A DNA stretch of 64,000 nt from an uncultured bacterium (lineage in GTDB: Bacteria; Hydrothermota; Tepidihabitantia; Tepidihabitantales; Tepidihabitantaceae), in contig CAZVDD010000013.1 of NCBI GenBank assembly GCA_964626075.1, forward strand, positions 31,291 to 95,290, given 5' to 3'. The notes beneath the pieces were generated by a model, which saw only the letters and a list, made by a program, of their open reading frames with translations, made no database searches and was not told the origin of the DNA. Position numbers and translations under genes: made by a program. Numbering within the stretch: position 1 is the first letter of the stretch; the number at the start of each line of letters is the position of its first letter. Shown piece after piece: positions 27,359 to 36,052 of this stretch.

Positions 27359-28615
27359 TTACTCAAGAAAGAAGATGTTGCGTTTGGCGCAAATCTCTTT
27401 GAGCACCTTGGGCCAGACCGTAACCGATACCTCGCCCAGACTTGCGGTCCTAAGCAGATACATATAGGTCCGCGACTGGCCAATACCACCACCGATAGAA
27501 AGGGGCACCCGATCGTTCATAATCGCCTGATGATAGGGCAACTCAAGGAAATGCTCCTGTTTCGCCATCTTCAACTGCTGAACAAGCGTCTCTTTCGTCA
27601 CACGGATACCCATTGAGGTCAACTCGTGTCGTCTTCTTGTTACCGGATTCCAAACCAGGATGTCGCCGTTCATACCGTGGGTCGGCTTTCCGGTCCAATG
27701 GGAAGTGTCGGTAATCCAGTCGTCGTAGTCGGCTGCCCGCATCTCATGGGGCAACCCATCAGCCAGCGGATAGCCAATACCGATGATGAAAACCGCCGGC
27801 GCATACTCCTGAAGCAGTTTGGTCTCCCGCTGCTTTCGTGGTAAGTCCGGGTACATCTCAAGAATCTCCTCGGCGTGGATGAAGGTCAACTCTTCAGGAA
27901 TGGGCGGATACTTTGTCGTGCGCAACTCCGGAAACTGCTCCTGAACCAGGTGAGATGCTCCCACAATCACCTTCCAGATTTTCCTTACGACATCCTTAAG
28001 ATAATCAAGGTTCCGGTCCTGCGCAGTAATAACCTTCTCCCAGTCCCACTGGTCAACATAAGAGGAGTGGTCGTGGTCCAGGAAATAATCTTTCCGCACT
28101 GCTCGCATATCGGTGCAAATCCCTTCACCTACCTTGCACCCAAACTGCGCCAGCGCCAACCGCTTCCACTTGGTCGCTGCCTGAACAATCTGAGCGTTGA
28201 TTCGTGGGGAAATGCCCAGTCCACAGGGAAATTCGACCGGAGTCCTGGAACCATCCCGGTCCAGATAGTCGTTGACCCCTGACTCCCGCTCCACAATCAA
28301 GGGCACCTGAACCATATGCAGGTTCAGTTCCCGGCACAGGTTCTTCTCAATGTACTCCTTGATCATAAAGAGCGCGTCCATCCGTTTTAGCGGCGGTAGA
28401 ATCGGCTCGTAATCGGTGGGTAAAATTTTCTCCACCTCTTCATAGGTGCCGACACCTGGACCGGCTAAATCGGCTCGCTTCTTATCCAGAAGCGTCGGTG
28501 CTGCGCTCTTGAGCGAGGCTTTCTTCGGTATCTTTTTTGCCACTTTTTTCTTAGTGACTTTTTTCACCGTCTTGCGTGCGGTCTTCTTCACCGCCTTTTT
28601 CTGCTTTTTCTTCAT
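27359..28615 (-). CDS. asnA: Aspartate--ammonia ligase (asparagine synthetase A) with a ~75 aa N-terminal extension, including a 40 aa lysine-rich histone-H1-like tail.
   Basis: Core aligns to E. coli AsnA (SSYVDQWDWE, GDILVWNP, SMGIRV, IGGGIGQSR). ATG at 28615 preceded by AAAGGAG Shine-Dalgarno. N-terminus MKKKQKKAVKKTARKTVKKVTKKKVAKKIPKK. Confidence 0.85.
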   Translation of the reverse strand: MKKKQKKAVKKTARKTVKKVTKKKVAKKIPKKASLKSAAPTLLDKKRADLAGPGVGTYEEVEKILPTDYEPILPPLKRMDALFMIKEYIEKNLCRELNLHMVQVPLIVERESGVNDYLDRDGSRTPVEFPCGLGISPRINAQIVQAATKWKRLALAQFGCKVGEGICTDMRAVRKDYFLDHDHSSYVDQWDWEKVITAQDRNLDYLKDVVRKIWKVIVGASHLVQEQFPELRTTKYPPIPEELTFIHAEEILEMYPDLPRKQRETKLLQEYAPAVFIIGIGYPLADGLPHEMRAADYDDWITDTSHWTGKPTHGMNGDILVWNPVTRRRHELTSMGIRVTKETLVQQLKMAKQEHFLELPYHQAIMNDRVPLSIGGGIGQSRTYMYLLRTASLGEVSVTVWPKVLKEICAKRNIFFLE

Positions 28616-28775
28616 CTGCTACACTCCTTTTTGTTAATCTACTTCTTACATCATATTTAAAGGAAAATCGGCATATTAAGGATAACAACCCCGACTTAAT
28701 CTGTCAAGGATTAATGACACCCGAAACGCCGTTCGATGCTCAATTTACCACTCCAAAATTGATTAAGGATTTTTG

Positions 28776-28804
28776 TTGACAAGCGGCTTAGGGGGTGTTA
28801 AAAT
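28776..28804 (+). promoter_or_regulatory. Near-consensus sigma70 promoter (TTGACA 28776-81, 17 nt spacer, TAAAAT 28799-804) driving the candidate sRNA.
   Basis: Read directly from the sequence. Confidence 0.55.
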
Positions 28805-28810
28805 TAACCA

Positions 28811-28967
28811 CAATTTGGTGAGGTGGAGGCGGTTGTTTCAGGCGACGGAACGGCATCTCAACCTCCTCAAAAAGCCCAAAGGAATGCCCTCGCATTCCAA
28901 TCCCACCAAAAAAGCCTCGCCTGAAACCGGCCCTGGCCGCATCCACCTCACATTTTGTTTTATATTT
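28811..28967 (+). ncRNA. Candidate ~150 nt rod-shaped small RNA. The 5' and 3' ends pair and it has an intrinsic-terminator-like 3' end.
   Basis: 5' GGUGAGGUGGAGGCGG (28817-32) pairs with CCGCAUCCACCUCAC (28937-51) with one mismatch. An inner perfect 10 bp helix pairs UUUCAGGCGA (28836-45) with UCGCCUGAAA (28917-26). An apical 7 bp hairpin GGAAUGC-CCUC-GCAUUCC lies at 28881-98. A U-tract AUUUUGUUUUAUAUUU follows the closing helix. The overlapping 81 aa ORF has no coding support. Confidence 0.45.
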
Positions 28968-29022
28968 ATAACTCCAAGAATGTCAAAATATTACACAATC
29001 AGGCTCGCTTTGATTTAACCGC

Positions 29023-29943
29023 TTATCGGGCAAGTTTGCGGGCAAGCTGAATCGCTGCCAGCGTAGAGTGGTGTGATGCAATGCCCTGGCCCGCAATGTC
29101 AAAGGCAACGCCGTGCAGCGGAGACGTGCGCACCGCTTCTAAACCAAGGGTCACATTCACCCCCCTCCCCTGTGAGAGCAGTTTTGCCGGAATCATCGCC
29201 TGGTCGTGATACATCGCCACGAATCCATCAAAATCATCCAGATGGGCGAAAATGGCATCCGCGGGTATGGGACCGAATGCCGCTACCTTTTTCTTCTGTG
29301 CCGATTTAACACCGGCTTCAATCCGCTTTTCTTCACCAGTAGAGAACTCCCGCCCGTGCGGATTGAACGCCAAAACCGCAATCTTAGGTTGCGCGCCGTG
29401 TCGGAATCGTTTGGGGGCTTCTCGTCTCAAAAATTCGTCAATGAGCAGTATCTTCTCCTGCACCGCTCGGGCTGTAATCAACGGCGCAACACGACCCAGA
29501 GGCACATGGATTGTTACAAAAATCACCTTGAACCGCCTTGACCAGGCAAGCATCGCATAACGCCGAGCCCTTAACCGTTGGGCAAGAAACTCAGTTTGCC
29601 CCGGAAACGGAAAACCGGCAAGCCGCAGCGCCTCTTTGGACACCGGTGCAGTAACAAGGGCGCCAATCGTACCGTTTCTCAGTAACTCCACCCCTCTTTC
29701 CAGCGCGCGCCACGCTGCAACACCACAACCTTTCTGCACCCTGCCGTACTCGTATTTACCAACCGGCCCAGTGTCTATCACCCCAACCCCATCATAGTTA
29801 ACCTTCAGCCGTTTTGCCTCCCACTTCAACACCTCTTCCGAACCGATGAGCAAAATATTTCTCCGCTCGGTTTCCTGAACAGCCCGCAACACCGTTTCCG
29901 GACCAACTCCTGCCGGGTCGCCAAGGGTAATACCGATCTTCAT
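29023..29943 (-). CDS. pdxA: 4-hydroxythreonine-4-phosphate dehydrogenase family protein (PdxA/PdxA2 family, 306 aa).
   Basis: N-terminus IGITLGDPAGVGPE typical of the PdxA family. Confidence 0.75.
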   Translation of the reverse strand: MKIGITLGDPAGVGPETVLRAVQETERRNILLIGSEEVLKWEAKRLKVNYDGVGVIDTGPVGKYEYGRVQKGCGVAAWRALERGVELLRNGTIGALVTAPVSKEALRLAGFPFPGQTEFLAQRLRARRYAMLAWSRRFKVIFVTIHVPLGRVAPLITARAVQEKILLIDEFLRREAPKRFRHGAQPKIAVLAFNPHGREFSTGEEKRIEAGVKSAQKKKVAAFGPIPADAIFAHLDDFDGFVAMYHDQAMIPAKLLSQGRGVNVTLGLEAVRTSPLHGVAFDIAGQGIASHHSTLAAIQLARKLAR

Positions 29944-29944
29944 C

Positions 29945-30826
29945 TCAGTAATGGCTCAATGTGCCGGAACGCCGGGTCCGGCGGTCAATCAACATAAAAA
30001 CAAACAGCCCAAAACCAACCCACAACAGAGATAAAAGCCCGAGACGAACAAAGGCATCACTTAAGGTGAAATCAATCTTCTCGCCCATCAGAAAGTGGCG
30101 GGCGGTCAATATCCCATAAGTTGTTGGTACAAACAGCGCCAGTTTCTGCAAAAACACCGGTAAAACCGCCAGCGGATAGGCAATCGGTGTAAGAATCATC
30201 AATATGCTGGATAGCGCCTCACTCACCAGCCAGCCCTGCTTAAAAAGCAGGGTAAAACTTGCCATAAACATCCCGATGCCGTAAAGTGCCACCAGCATCA
30301 ATCCGATAACCAGCAATGTTGGCAGCAGCCCCAGGGGGTTGATTTTCAGGCTGAAAACGAGCAGGATAAAAACAATCTGCACCGCAATCATCAACAACTG
30401 GTGCAAAATTGAGTGCAGCGCCATCCCCATACTGAAAACCCAGCGGGGCACCGGCGCCGCAAATACCGATTCCAGCGTTCCGTAGAACTGCTCCTTCCTC
30501 AGACTGAACCCCATCGCCCACAACGCCATATTGAGGAACCCGATAAACAGATACCCCAGAGTAATAAATGTAACAATGTCCGAGGTGCCAACGAGGTTTT
30601 GTAAACTTGCGGACTCCCTGCCGCCAACCAGTGCAATCCCGTAGAGAAGATAGGGAAGGAGGTAAACCACCGGGTCAATTAAACCGCGGGCAAAGTCCGC
30701 CTTGTAGGTCAACTCCAGTTTCCACTCCTTGATATTTTCTGCCCAGACCGCAGCACCATAATGGCGCAGCAACCGAATCACTTTATGAACTCCCCTTCCC
30801 GTGGAAACTGTTTCATTACAATTCAT
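29945..30826 (-). CDS. ABC-2 type transporter permease (293 aa).
   Basis: Six predicted TM helices with ABC-2 topology. Operonic with an ABC ATPase. Confidence 0.65.
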   Translation of the reverse strand: MNCNETVSTGRGVHKVIRLLRHYGAAVWAENIKEWKLELTYKADFARGLIDPVVYLLPYLLYGIALVGGRESASLQNLVGTSDIVTFITLGYLFIGFLNMALWAMGFSLRKEQFYGTLESVFAAPVPRWVFSMGMALHSILHQLLMIAVQIVFILLVFSLKINPLGLLPTLLVIGLMLVALYGIGMFMASFTLLFKQGWLVSEALSSILMILTPIAYPLAVLPVFLQKLALFVPTTYGILTARHFLMGEKIDFTLSDAFVRLGLLSLLWVGFGLFVFMLIDRRTRRSGTLSHY

Positions 30827-30828
30827 CT

Positions 30829-31659
30829 TTAATGCATCCCCACTGTGCCGTCGCGCCGGGTCTTTTTCTCAAGATAAACAAAAAGAAAATAGCCAGCGGT
30901 CAAAAGAATTGCGTCCATCACCAGTAAAATCAAAACCGTCTGCCATAAGTTAACCTCCGACTTATTCAACAAAATAATCCCTCGAATCGCAATCAGAGCC
31001 CAAGTAAGGGGAATCAATGTGCTCACCATTGCGGTAATCGGGTTCACCTGCACCGGATACCGAATTGGTGAAAACAGAAAAAATATCCACTCTAAGGTAT
31101 GAACCCAGCCATGGACCTCTTTAATCAATAGTGTGAAACCGGCAAAGGCAATGGCAAATCCGTAAAACCCAATCATCAAGAGCCCGACCAGCAGGATAAT
31201 GGGCAGAACCTTGTCAATGGTAAACCGCACGCCAAAGAATATGCTGATTATCGTCGCTTGAAACACCGCCATCACCGTTGACCATGCCCACTCGGCTAAT
31301 GTCTTGCCGATTAAAATCACCAGCGGGTGCGTCGGCGACGCGATGATGTATTCCATCGTTCCCCAGTAGGTCTCCTCGCGTAGCGAATTTCCCACCCCCC
31401 AAAGTGCGGAAAATACAAAAGTCGAAATCATCGCACCAATCAGCACAAACGCCAGATAGTTTCCCGAACCGGTTAACTGCCGGAACGATTCGCTTGTTGC
31501 CCCGCCCACCAGCGCCCTACCCTGAAAAACATAGGGCATCACCCAGATGAGCGGAAAGATTGCCCAGAAGAAAATCATTATCGGATAGGACAACCAGATG
31601 CGCACCGTCTTACCAAACTCGGCACCCAGCGCCCGCAGTTCCACTCCCGGTGCCCGCAT
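30829..31659 (-). CDS. ABC-2 type transporter permease (276 aa).
   Basis: Multi-TM protein, paralogous in topology to the adjacent permease. Confidence 0.65.
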   Translation of the reverse strand: MRAPGVELRALGAEFGKTVRIWLSYPIMIFFWAIFPLIWVMPYVFQGRALVGGATSESFRQLTGSGNYLAFVLIGAMISTFVFSALWGVGNSLREETYWGTMEYIIASPTHPLVILIGKTLAEWAWSTVMAVFQATIISIFFGVRFTIDKVLPIILLVGLLMIGFYGFAIAFAGFTLLIKEVHGWVHTLEWIFFLFSPIRYPVQVNPITAMVSTLIPLTWALIAIRGIILLNKSEVNLWQTVLILLVMDAILLTAGYFLFVYLEKKTRRDGTVGMH

Positions 31660-31663
31660 CGCT

Positions 31664-32668
31664 TCACTCCTCGGTTGTATCCGCCGCCAGCGAGGTACCG
31701 GTCATATAGATAAACACATCCTCCAGCGTTGGTTCCTGAACATCAATCGTTAAAATTTTTGCCCCGGTCCGCACCAGTTCAATCACATCGCTCAAAATCC
31801 CTTCGGCGCGCGGGGCAAGAATCTTCACTGTTGTCACCCCATCCTGGCTATCGGCGCTCAACCGCTCCACGCCGGGCAGCGACTTTAATCGGCTGATGTC
31901 CACCTCCCCCTGACAGCGCACCGAAAGAACCTCTTTGTGAGGAATGTCCCGCTTGAAATCCTCCGGTGACTTAATGTCAACAATCTTACCCCGGTTGATA
32001 AAGGCAATCCGCTCGCACAACTCATCCGCCTCATCCATATAGTGGGTTGTCAAAAGAATCGTCTTTCCCTGTTTTTGATTCAACTCCTCCTTGATAAACT
32101 GCCGGATGAACCGGCCAAACTGCGGGTCGAGCCCAAGTGTCGGCTCATCCAGAAGTAGAAGTCGCGGGTCGTGCAGCATCGCCCGCGCCAGACTCACCTT
32201 CTGCTTCATACCCGAGGAGTAGCGCTCGAGCCGCTCATTTGCGACCTCTTTCAGCCCTAACAGTTCCAGCAGATAGTCAATCCGGCGGTCGCGCTCCTTT
32301 CCTGACAGTCCGTAGAGAGCGGCAAAGAACTTAAGATTGTCCCGGGCCGAAAGTTTCCAGTAGAGCGTCCGCTCCCCCGAAGTCAAAAGCCCGATTTGCT
32401 GGCGGCAGAACAGTGTATCCTTAAAAACATCGTGCCCAAACAGCCGAATTGTCCCCTCATCAGGAATCAAAAGCGTGGCGATACAACGCACCAGCGTCGT
32501 CTTTCCTGCGCCGTTCGGTCCCAGCAATCCAAAAAGCTCTCCGGCGCGCAGGGATAGCGTCGCGCCATCCAGCGCCCTTAATGTCCGCCGCTTCAACCCT
32601 TTACCGCGCCGAAACTTCTTCACCACATTCTGGCACTCAAGTGCCGTTGTCCAACTATCTGTGCCCAT
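31664..32668 (-). CDS. ABC transporter ATP-binding protein, ABC-2 exporter type with a C-terminal extension (~334 aa).
   Basis: Walker A GLLGPNGAGKTTL, signature YSSGMKQKV, Walker B LLLLDEPT. Start reassigned to the ATG at 32668 (MGTDSW...). The ORF-track N-terminal extension is R-rich and unsupported. Confidence 0.8.
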   Translation of the reverse strand: MGTDSWTTALECQNVVKKFRRGKGLKRRTLRALDGATLSLRAGELFGLLGPNGAGKTTLVRCIATLLIPDEGTIRLFGHDVFKDTLFCRQQIGLLTSGERTLYWKLSARDNLKFFAALYGLSGKERDRRIDYLLELLGLKEVANERLERYSSGMKQKVSLARAMLHDPRLLLLDEPTLGLDPQFGRFIRQFIKEELNQKQGKTILLTTHYMDEADELCERIAFINRGKIVDIKSPEDFKRDIPHKEVLSVRCQGEVDISRLKSLPGVERLSADSQDGVTTVKILAPRAEGILSDVIELVRTGAKILTIDVQEPTLEDVFIYMTGTSLAADTTEE

Positions 32669-33776
32669 TTTTTCTTTCCGCCGCGGTGTGCGATAGCATC
32701 TTTTCAATATTATCCGCCGCACTATCCCAGGTCCACTGCCGCGCCCAATCAACCGCCTGAACCCCAAGCCGGTTTCGGAGCGCCTCGTCCTGTAAAAGCC
32801 GGTCAATCTTCTCTGCCAGCTCCGTCACATTGCCATAAGTGTAAAACAGTCCGTTGACACCTTCACGCGAAGAGTCCACCAGACCCGGTGAACGGGCAAC
32901 AACCACCGGTGTGCCGCAACCGTTTGCCTCCATCACAATCAACCCCCACCCCTCCTTGATTGAACTCTCAACCAGCAGCGCACTGCGTCGGTACCAGTTG
33001 ACCTTCTCTGCCTCGGAAACAAAACCGGTAAAGACCACCGTATCCTGTATCCTCAGTTTCTCACTCAATTCCTTAAGCCGGGGCAAATCATCGCCGGTTC
33101 CTACCACCACCACCTTGAACTGTCGCCCTCGCTCCTTCAGAATCCGTGCCGCATAAAGCAGATGGTCGGTTGACTTGTATTTCTTCAACCGTCCGACATG
33201 AAGCACCACCGGCTCCCGCGCCACCGTTGGGTCGGGTTTAAACTTCTCAAAGTCTGTCCCCGGTGGCACAACGGTAATCATCTCGGGGGCGATACCAATC
33301 CGGACCACATCCCGCTTTGAACTCTCCGACAGCACGGCAAAGCGACACCGCTTATACGCCAAAGGAATCATACTCTCGGCCAGGTAAACATAAGCGGCCA
33401 GCGGTGCAACAACCTCCTTAAAAATACTCCCCCGAAAAAGATGCATCAAAAGCACCGCCACCGGCTTATTTACAAACCAGGGCGAATAAAACGGAATCTT
33501 GTTCAAATCATCCACCACCACATCGTAATCGCCTGCCGCGACAACACGGGGCAACTGGCGGTAAACGGTGAAATTAAAAGTCCACTTTCCACCCCGGCGC
33601 AATACTCTTATCCCATCGATATCCTCTTCGGGCGCTGAACCTTTGAACCGTTCACACAGAAGCGTCACCTCATGCCCCCGCGCCACCAGCCGCCGAAAAA
33701 CCTCTTGCAAGTAAACCTCGGCGCCGCCTGCCTCTGGGTTCTGAATACACCGCCAGTTGACAACCAGTATGCGCAT
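32655..33776 (-). CDS. Glycosyltransferase family 4 (373 aa).
   Basis: GT-B retaining GT4 features (N-terminal MRILVV..GGAE, C-terminal EGWGLIVMEANGCGTPVV). Stop overlaps the ABC ATPase start. Confidence 0.8.
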   Translation of the reverse strand: MRILVVNWRCIQNPEAGGAEVYLQEVFRRLVARGHEVTLLCERFKGSAPEEDIDGIRVLRRGGKWTFNFTVYRQLPRVVAAGDYDVVVDDLNKIPFYSPWFVNKPVAVLLMHLFRGSIFKEVVAPLAAYVYLAESMIPLAYKRCRFAVLSESSKRDVVRIGIAPEMITVVPPGTDFEKFKPDPTVAREPVVLHVGRLKKYKSTDHLLYAARILKERGRQFKVVVVGTGDDLPRLKELSEKLRIQDTVVFTGFVSEAEKVNWYRRSALLVESSIKEGWGLIVMEANGCGTPVVVARSPGLVDSSREGVNGLFYTYGNVTELAEKIDRLLQDEALRNRLGVQAVDWARQWTWDSAADNIEKMLSHTAAERKNGHR

Positions 33777-33784
33777 TGACTCTT

Positions 33785-33813
33785 ATCTTAAACCGATTAC
33801 CCATTTCGGTCAA
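33785..33813 (-). promoter_or_regulatory. Leaderless-type promoter for the GT4-ABC operon (minus strand: TTGACC, 17 nt, TAAGAT, 8 nt, ATG at 33776).
   Basis: Read on the reverse complement. Confidence 0.4.
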
Positions 33814-33822
33814 GCCCGTGCC

Positions 33823-33851
33823 TTGCCCGATCGAGAACCCTGGTCTATAAT
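33823..33851 (+). promoter_or_regulatory. Leaderless-type promoter (TTGCCC, 17 nt, TATAAT, 6 nt, ATG at 33858).
   Basis: Perfect -10 TATAAT at 33846-51. Divergent, back-to-back with the previous promoter. Confidence 0.5.
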
Positions 33852-33857
33852 AGCAGT

Positions 33858-34223
33858 ATGTGCCTCAACTGGACCAAAAAACAGTTCTTGAACTGGCTGC
33901 TCCTCGGCATCGGCTATCTCCTTTCACCTTTGTCCTGGTGGAACGACCTGTTTATCAACCTTCCTCTTGCCTATCTTTTCGCCTGTCTTTTCTCCCTTTT
34001 CTCGCCCCGGATTTTCACCCTTGCCATCATCGCCGGTTACTGGCTCACCAACATCACCGGCTTGCTTCTCATCCATCTTGCCGCGCTGCGTTTTGCTGGC
34101 GTCAAACGCCTTAACCGGCGTCAGTGGTTGATCAACGGTCTTATTACTGCCGGTTACAGCCTCCTTATTTTGCTATTGGTCATGCGCCGCATCCTCAAAC
34201 CATTCTGGCTCTACCAGCGTTGA
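33858..34223 (+). CDS. Small integral membrane protein (121 aa, ~3 TM). Function unknown.
   Basis: Hydrophobic profile only. No YbaN PTTPF motif. Confidence 0.45.
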   Translation: MCLNWTKKQFLNWLLLGIGYLLSPLSWWNDLFINLPLAYLFACLFSLFSPRIFTLAIIAGYWLTNITGLLLIHLAALRFAGVKRLNRRQWLINGLITAGYSLLILLLVMRRILKPFWLYQR

Positions 34224-34255
34224 CTTTCCAGTTGCCGTTAAGAAAATAACTTTCG

Positions 34256-35008
34256 ATGATCTGGCTCCTGATTCTGGCGATTCTCCCCGGCGTCGGCCTG
34301 ATGCTTTTTTTCTACTTCCGGGACAAATACAAAAAAGAGCCCTTCGGACCCATATTTCTCGCTTTCCTTTTGGGCGCAGTTGTTACCCTGCCGGCATCCG
34401 CAACATCTTCCCTTGTGCAGCGTCTCACCGGCTGGTTCAGTCCCCCTTTTACCATTACAAAAATCTTTCTCGGCGCCTTCATCGTCGCTGGTCTGATAGA
34501 AGAGTTCTGGAAGTTCTTTGTTGTCCGGTTCTACTGCTATCACCGCCCGGAGTTCGATGAACCCTACGATGGCATTCTTTACGCCACCGCCGTGGCGCTC
34601 GGTTTTGCCACTCTGGAAAACATCATCTACATCTTCGGTACAGCTGCGTTCAGCGGACTGCGCACCGGCGTAATGCGTGCCTTACTCGCGGTTCCGAGCC
34701 ACGCCTTCTACGGCGTCTTAATGGGCTACTTCCTCGGTGAGGCAAAATTTGCCCCAACCGAAACCAAGGCAAATCTCCTCGGGCTCTTCGGGCTCCTTTT
34801 GGCAATCTGTGCCCACGGCGTATACGACTTTGTCGTCGTCGCCCTTGCCCAGCGCCCGCTCCTTATCGGCAGCCTCATTGTATTTTCAGTCCTCGTCTGG
34901 GTGGTATTTTTCGAACTCACCCGGCGTCAGGCAGAACAGTCTGCTCACCAGTCGCCAAGACTCGCCGCACTGAAAAAAGGTCCACCGCCCGACGAACCTT
35001 CTCGCTGA
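34256..35008 (+). CDS. prsW: PrsW-family intramembrane metalloprotease (250 aa).
   Basis: FRDKYKKEPF, GLIEEFWKF and HAFYG..MGYFLGEAKF motifs typical of the PrsW (YpdC) family. Confidence 0.7.
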   Translation: MIWLLILAILPGVGLMLFFYFRDKYKKEPFGPIFLAFLLGAVVTLPASATSSLVQRLTGWFSPPFTITKIFLGAFIVAGLIEEFWKFFVVRFYCYHRPEFDEPYDGILYATAVALGFATLENIIYIFGTAAFSGLRTGVMRALLAVPSHAFYGVLMGYFLGEAKFAPTETKANLLGLFGLLLAICAHGVYDFVVVALAQRPLLIGSLIVFSVLVWVVFFELTRRQAEQSAHQSPRLAALKKGPPPDEPSR

Positions 35009-35025
35009 TTATTAAAAACAGTTGT

Positions 35026-35053
35026 TTGACACCTCTTGGGGCGTGGTTAGTAT
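35026..35053 (+). promoter_or_regulatory. Leaderless-type promoter (TTGACA, 16 nt, TAGTAT, 6 nt, ATG at 35060).
   Basis: Read directly. Confidence 0.45.
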
Positions 35054-35059
35054 CAACTG

Positions 35060-36052
35060 ATGAACAAACAACTCTGGCCGCTAATCCTGGCGGTGGTTAA
35101 TTTAGGACTGTTCACAATAAACGGATGTAAGAAACCCCTTTTAGTTAAAGACCGGGCGGAAACGATTCCGCCCGGCGCGGTAAAGATGCAACCGGAAATG
35201 GATTCGTTCCCTCCAATACTGTTCTCTAACGAATGGGAGCCACCCGTGCCAATGCCCGGACCGGTGAATACCGCCGGCGCTGAGGATTCCCCATTCATCA
35301 CCCCGAACGGTACTGAGTTCTACTTCGTTTTTACGCCCGATGTCTCCGTCCCGGTGGAAAAACAAGCCGCCGACGGCGTTACCGGTATATGGTATTGCCG
35401 GCTGGAAAATGGTCATTGGACCGAGCCGGAGCGCGTGATACTTAACAACGACATTTCGCTTGATGGAGCGCAGTTCGTAATGGGCGACACAATGTGGTTT
35501 GCGTCCGTACGGCCCGGTAACTATGGCGAAATTGACTGGTATCTGGCACTCCGCCGCAATGGTAAATGGGGTAACTGGCGCAACGCCGGCAGGCAGATAA
35601 ATAAAGAACTCAAGCCCGGCGAACTCCACATCAGTGCCGACCATAGCACGATGTACTATGGCAAAACTGGCATTCACGGTGGCCTTGACATCGTTCGTTC
35701 CCAACGCACTCCGTCCGGCTGGGGCGAGCCAGTTAACCTTGGGCCACTGGTAAACAGCGCCCGAGATGAAGGTCAGCCCTTTATATCATCAGACGACAAA
35801 GAGTTGTGGTTCACCGGCTGGACTGACAGCTTAGTTGGACCGTGCGTCTACCGATGCCGGAAAGACAGCACCGGGCGATGGCAACCGGCAGAGCTAATCG
35901 TCGGTCAATTTGCCGGCGAACCTACCCTTGACGACGCCGGCAACCTCTACTTTGTCCACCATTTTTACTCCGGCGGCGACTCCTCGCGGATGATTGAAGC
36001 CGACATCTACCTCTGCCGTCGCAAAACCGCTCTTTCAAAAATCATTAGGTAA
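35060..36052 (+). CDS. Lipoprotein with PD40/TolB-like beta-propeller repeats (330 aa).
   Basis: Lipobox LFTINGC. Repeated PFITPNGTEFYF / PFISSDDKELWF / DDAGNLYFV motifs characteristic of PD40 (WD40-like) repeats. Confidence 0.55.
   Translation: MNKQLWPLILAVVNLGLFTINGCKKPLLVKDRAETIPPGAVKMQPEMDSFPPILFSNEWEPPVPMPGPVNTAGAEDSPFITPNGTEFYFVFTPDVSVPVEKQAADGVTGIWYCRLENGHWTEPERVILNNDISLDGAQFVMGDTMWFASVRPGNYGEIDWYLALRRNGKWGNWRNAGRQINKELKPGELHISADHSTMYYGKTGIHGGLDIVRSQRTPSGWGEPVNLGPLVNSARDEGQPFISSDDKELWFTGWTDSLVGPCVYRCRKDSTGRWQPAELIVGQFAGEPTLDDAGNLYFVHHFYSGGDSSRMIEADIYLCRRKTALSKIIR

Noticed and set aside
28773-29018. 81 aa ORF overlapping the candidate sRNA.
   Set aside because: The region forms extensive nested helices and a terminator. 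The ORF has no Shine-Dalgarno and begins inside the promoter.
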